Part shown: positions 47,107 to 49,272 of the stretch, piece after piece
Numbering within the stretch: position 1 is the first letter of the stretch
Layout of the letters: every line of letters begins with the position of its first letter
Origin: Klebsormidium nitens
Taxonomy: Eukaryota > Plantae > Klebsormidiophyceae
NCBI GenBank assembly: GCA_000708835.1
Contig: DF237578.1
Span: forward strand, 1 to 49,272
Length of the DNA: 49,272 nt
Reading direction: 5' to 3'
Notes under the pieces: model-generated
Told to the model about the DNA's origin: nothing
What the model saw: only the letters and a program-made list of their open reading frames with translations
Database searches by the model: none
Made by a program: the position numbers and the translations under genes

Positions 47107-49272
47107 GACCATTTGGGTGGAGCCGCTTGTCAGGATTACCTCCTTTGCTTGAACTCCTGGTGGACGGGTTAGGTTTTCCAATTGACATAATGAGTTTTGA
47201 TACCAGTAGGGTCGTGTAAAAAACACAGATACGCTCTTATATCATGCTGTAGTGCACATGCCAATCTGATAGAGTCGACGGTGTGCACCCACTTACGTAC
47301 CCTTCGGTTAACAGTAGTAGTGGTAGTTTCCCGACTTACTTGGAAGTGCGTCCAGACCCAGTTTCAAGCAAAACTCCCGGCTCTTCAGTCGTTTCTGTAA
47401 ATATATTTAGCGGCCTAGGATCTGGACCTTCAGATTTGCCGTTTTTTTCCCCTAACGATGTGGGAATAGGCGGGCTAGCTTTGAAAAGGGAGTAGAGTTC
47501 AGTCAAAACTCAAGGACGGTCAACCCCCCTTTGCCGACGATGATCGACTGGAGAGAAGTAACGGATCAGTTGCTCCAAAATCAGAACTCCAGCAACCTTG
47601 GACCCTCATGTTAAGCGTCTCGTGACACTTTTTTAGTTAAACGAAATGGAAACCTGAATTTTGTATGCAATCGATCCGCTACTAGCTCCATCTCTTCGTA
47701 AGGTACTCATGAGGAGGTACTCTGAGTCTCCTAATTTGAAGAATTTAAGAAACCTTCGAGTAACTTATCGAACTTACTTCACTAGATCGAAGGGAATCTG
47801 ATACGGCAATGTCAGGGCCGCCGGCCGAGTCGCTTTGCTGCATCGATTGCCTGGATGAGACGGCGAATATCACAAAGCTGGTGAAGGTTGGGTTGGATCG
47901 TTTGGGCTGAAAGCTTATGCTTCGTGGGGGCATGCTGCACATTTCATCGAATTGCAATCTAACATGTGCTAGTTCTTCTGTATGCAACTACGAGCCTACA
48001 GAATGCAGCTCAGCTAGCTACCGAGTCATGCCCGAAAGACTCTAAGTGTGACTATCATATTAAGCCAGCTAAATACCCGCTAAATAGACCTATTGAGAGT
48101 TACGATGGGAGAAGATAAAGACAGGCTCCTGCCATGCCAGGCCTTGTGCATATCCTCCTTTCAGTTAAACTGAAGCCATAGTACTAGTAGTAACTTGCGC
48201 GCGTTGCGACATTCAAGGTGCGTACATATATTGACGCATGATTACCACACAAATATAAGCCGTTGTTCAATATGTCAATGCGGCTCGGCCTGACGAGGAG
48301 ACAGGCGGCCTGTTGCATTTCAATGTTTCTCCTTAATTTGCTATCGTAGAATCTCCAGTAGCCGAGTGATTGAGTCCGGTCATGCTGCCTGGCTTTGATG
48401 CTGCTGGAGGTCAAAGCACTCCCCCTGGCCTCGTCAATTGAGAATTTTAACCCAGTCAGTTAAATTTGTCCAGATGGTAGTAAGAACCGCCGGTCTAGAC
48501 GCTCTCGCGATCGGTGCAGTATCCTTTTTGTGGCCTATCTCCATCTGAGCGGAGGTGGCCAGATTTGGTCACGAATTTGCATTGTGTGTCTAGCTTGTGA
48601 TCTTTTTGTCCTCTCCCATCTTAGCTCCGCTGCTGACCCCCCTCACGCTGTAGCTTCTCTTGTGTACTGTTGTAGGCAGCCTATTTGCACTCCCCTGCTT
48701 CTTGTGCTCAGTGACCCTGTAGCTCACAGGCTTGGCTGCATTGTACAGTTCAGCCATGTCATCTTTGCATTTACCAGTACTTTTGAGCTCAGCATCATTG
48801 CTTTGAGCTGTGAATAGGCTGGTTATGGCTTCCCTTGCTTCAAATCCAGCCCTTGCAGGACCGTCCACTTTAGGCCCTTCCACCTCAAGAGCATCACGCG
48901 CCGCTGCCGAGCCAGGACCCATTGATTGGCGCCAGTGCCATCAGTGTCAGGGCCGCTTCAAGGGCCTTCGGGGCCTGACACAACACAAGCGGTCATGCGA
49001 CAAGCGAGAAGCACAGCGGCAGGAGCAGGTTGCCCTTGGTGCTGCCTCAGCTCGTCGTGGCGTGAGAGTTCCACCTGCCGCGGCGCACTGGTCTTGGATA
49101 CGGAGTATTGATCTTGAGGCAGAGTTGTTGCCGCGTCCTGGTGCTCGTTATATGCCCCGGATACCACATGCTATTAGAGGAGATGTGGCTCGTGCGTTTA
49201 CTCTCCCACTTCAGCGCATTCAGACCGATCCAGCTGATGAGGGCGGCTGGGCTCTTCTCCTCATGTTTCCCC

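Noticed and set aside
44866-47226. Minus-strand ORFs overlapping the last ZNFX1-like exon
   Set aside because: These are antisense shadows of a GC-rich coding exon.
48590-49272. Minus-strand ORFs 48590-48922 and 48958-49167 at the window end
   Set aside because: They lie in different frames with no recognisable domain or clear splice sites. They could be a degenerate element or the end of a gene outside the window, but this cannot be supported.

Overview
Intron-rich eukaryotic nuclear DNA with GC-rich exons and GT-AG introns. Gene content and style suggest a green-lineage organism, probably a streptophyte alga such as Klebsormidium (inference). I reconstructed seven spliced protein-coding genes by hand, and the exon lengths of six sum to intact reading frames. 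They are plastid-type amidophosphoribosyltransferase (+), an NST1-domain protein with a C-terminal RING finger (-), Shewanella-like phosphatase SLP2 (+), an ABHD11-like alpha/beta hydrolase (-), a peroxisomal (SKL) hotdog-fold thioesterase (-), a membrane-anchored bacterial-like GT2+GT4 glycosyltransferase (+), and a ~2100-aa ZNFX1-like protein (+). The ZNFX1-like protein has CCCH, SF1 RNA helicase, NF-X1 zinc-finger, split RING-like and RZ-finger regions, and its frame is broken by one base in a G10 run. Non-coding features include a TTAA-flanked TIR element in a divergent promoter, a perfect 29-bp hairpin, a structured GC-rich segment, and repeated tandem duplications of splice junctions that create pseudo-exons or alternative exons. 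No rRNA, tRNA or CRISPR array was recognised. All family assignments come from motif recognition, not database searches.
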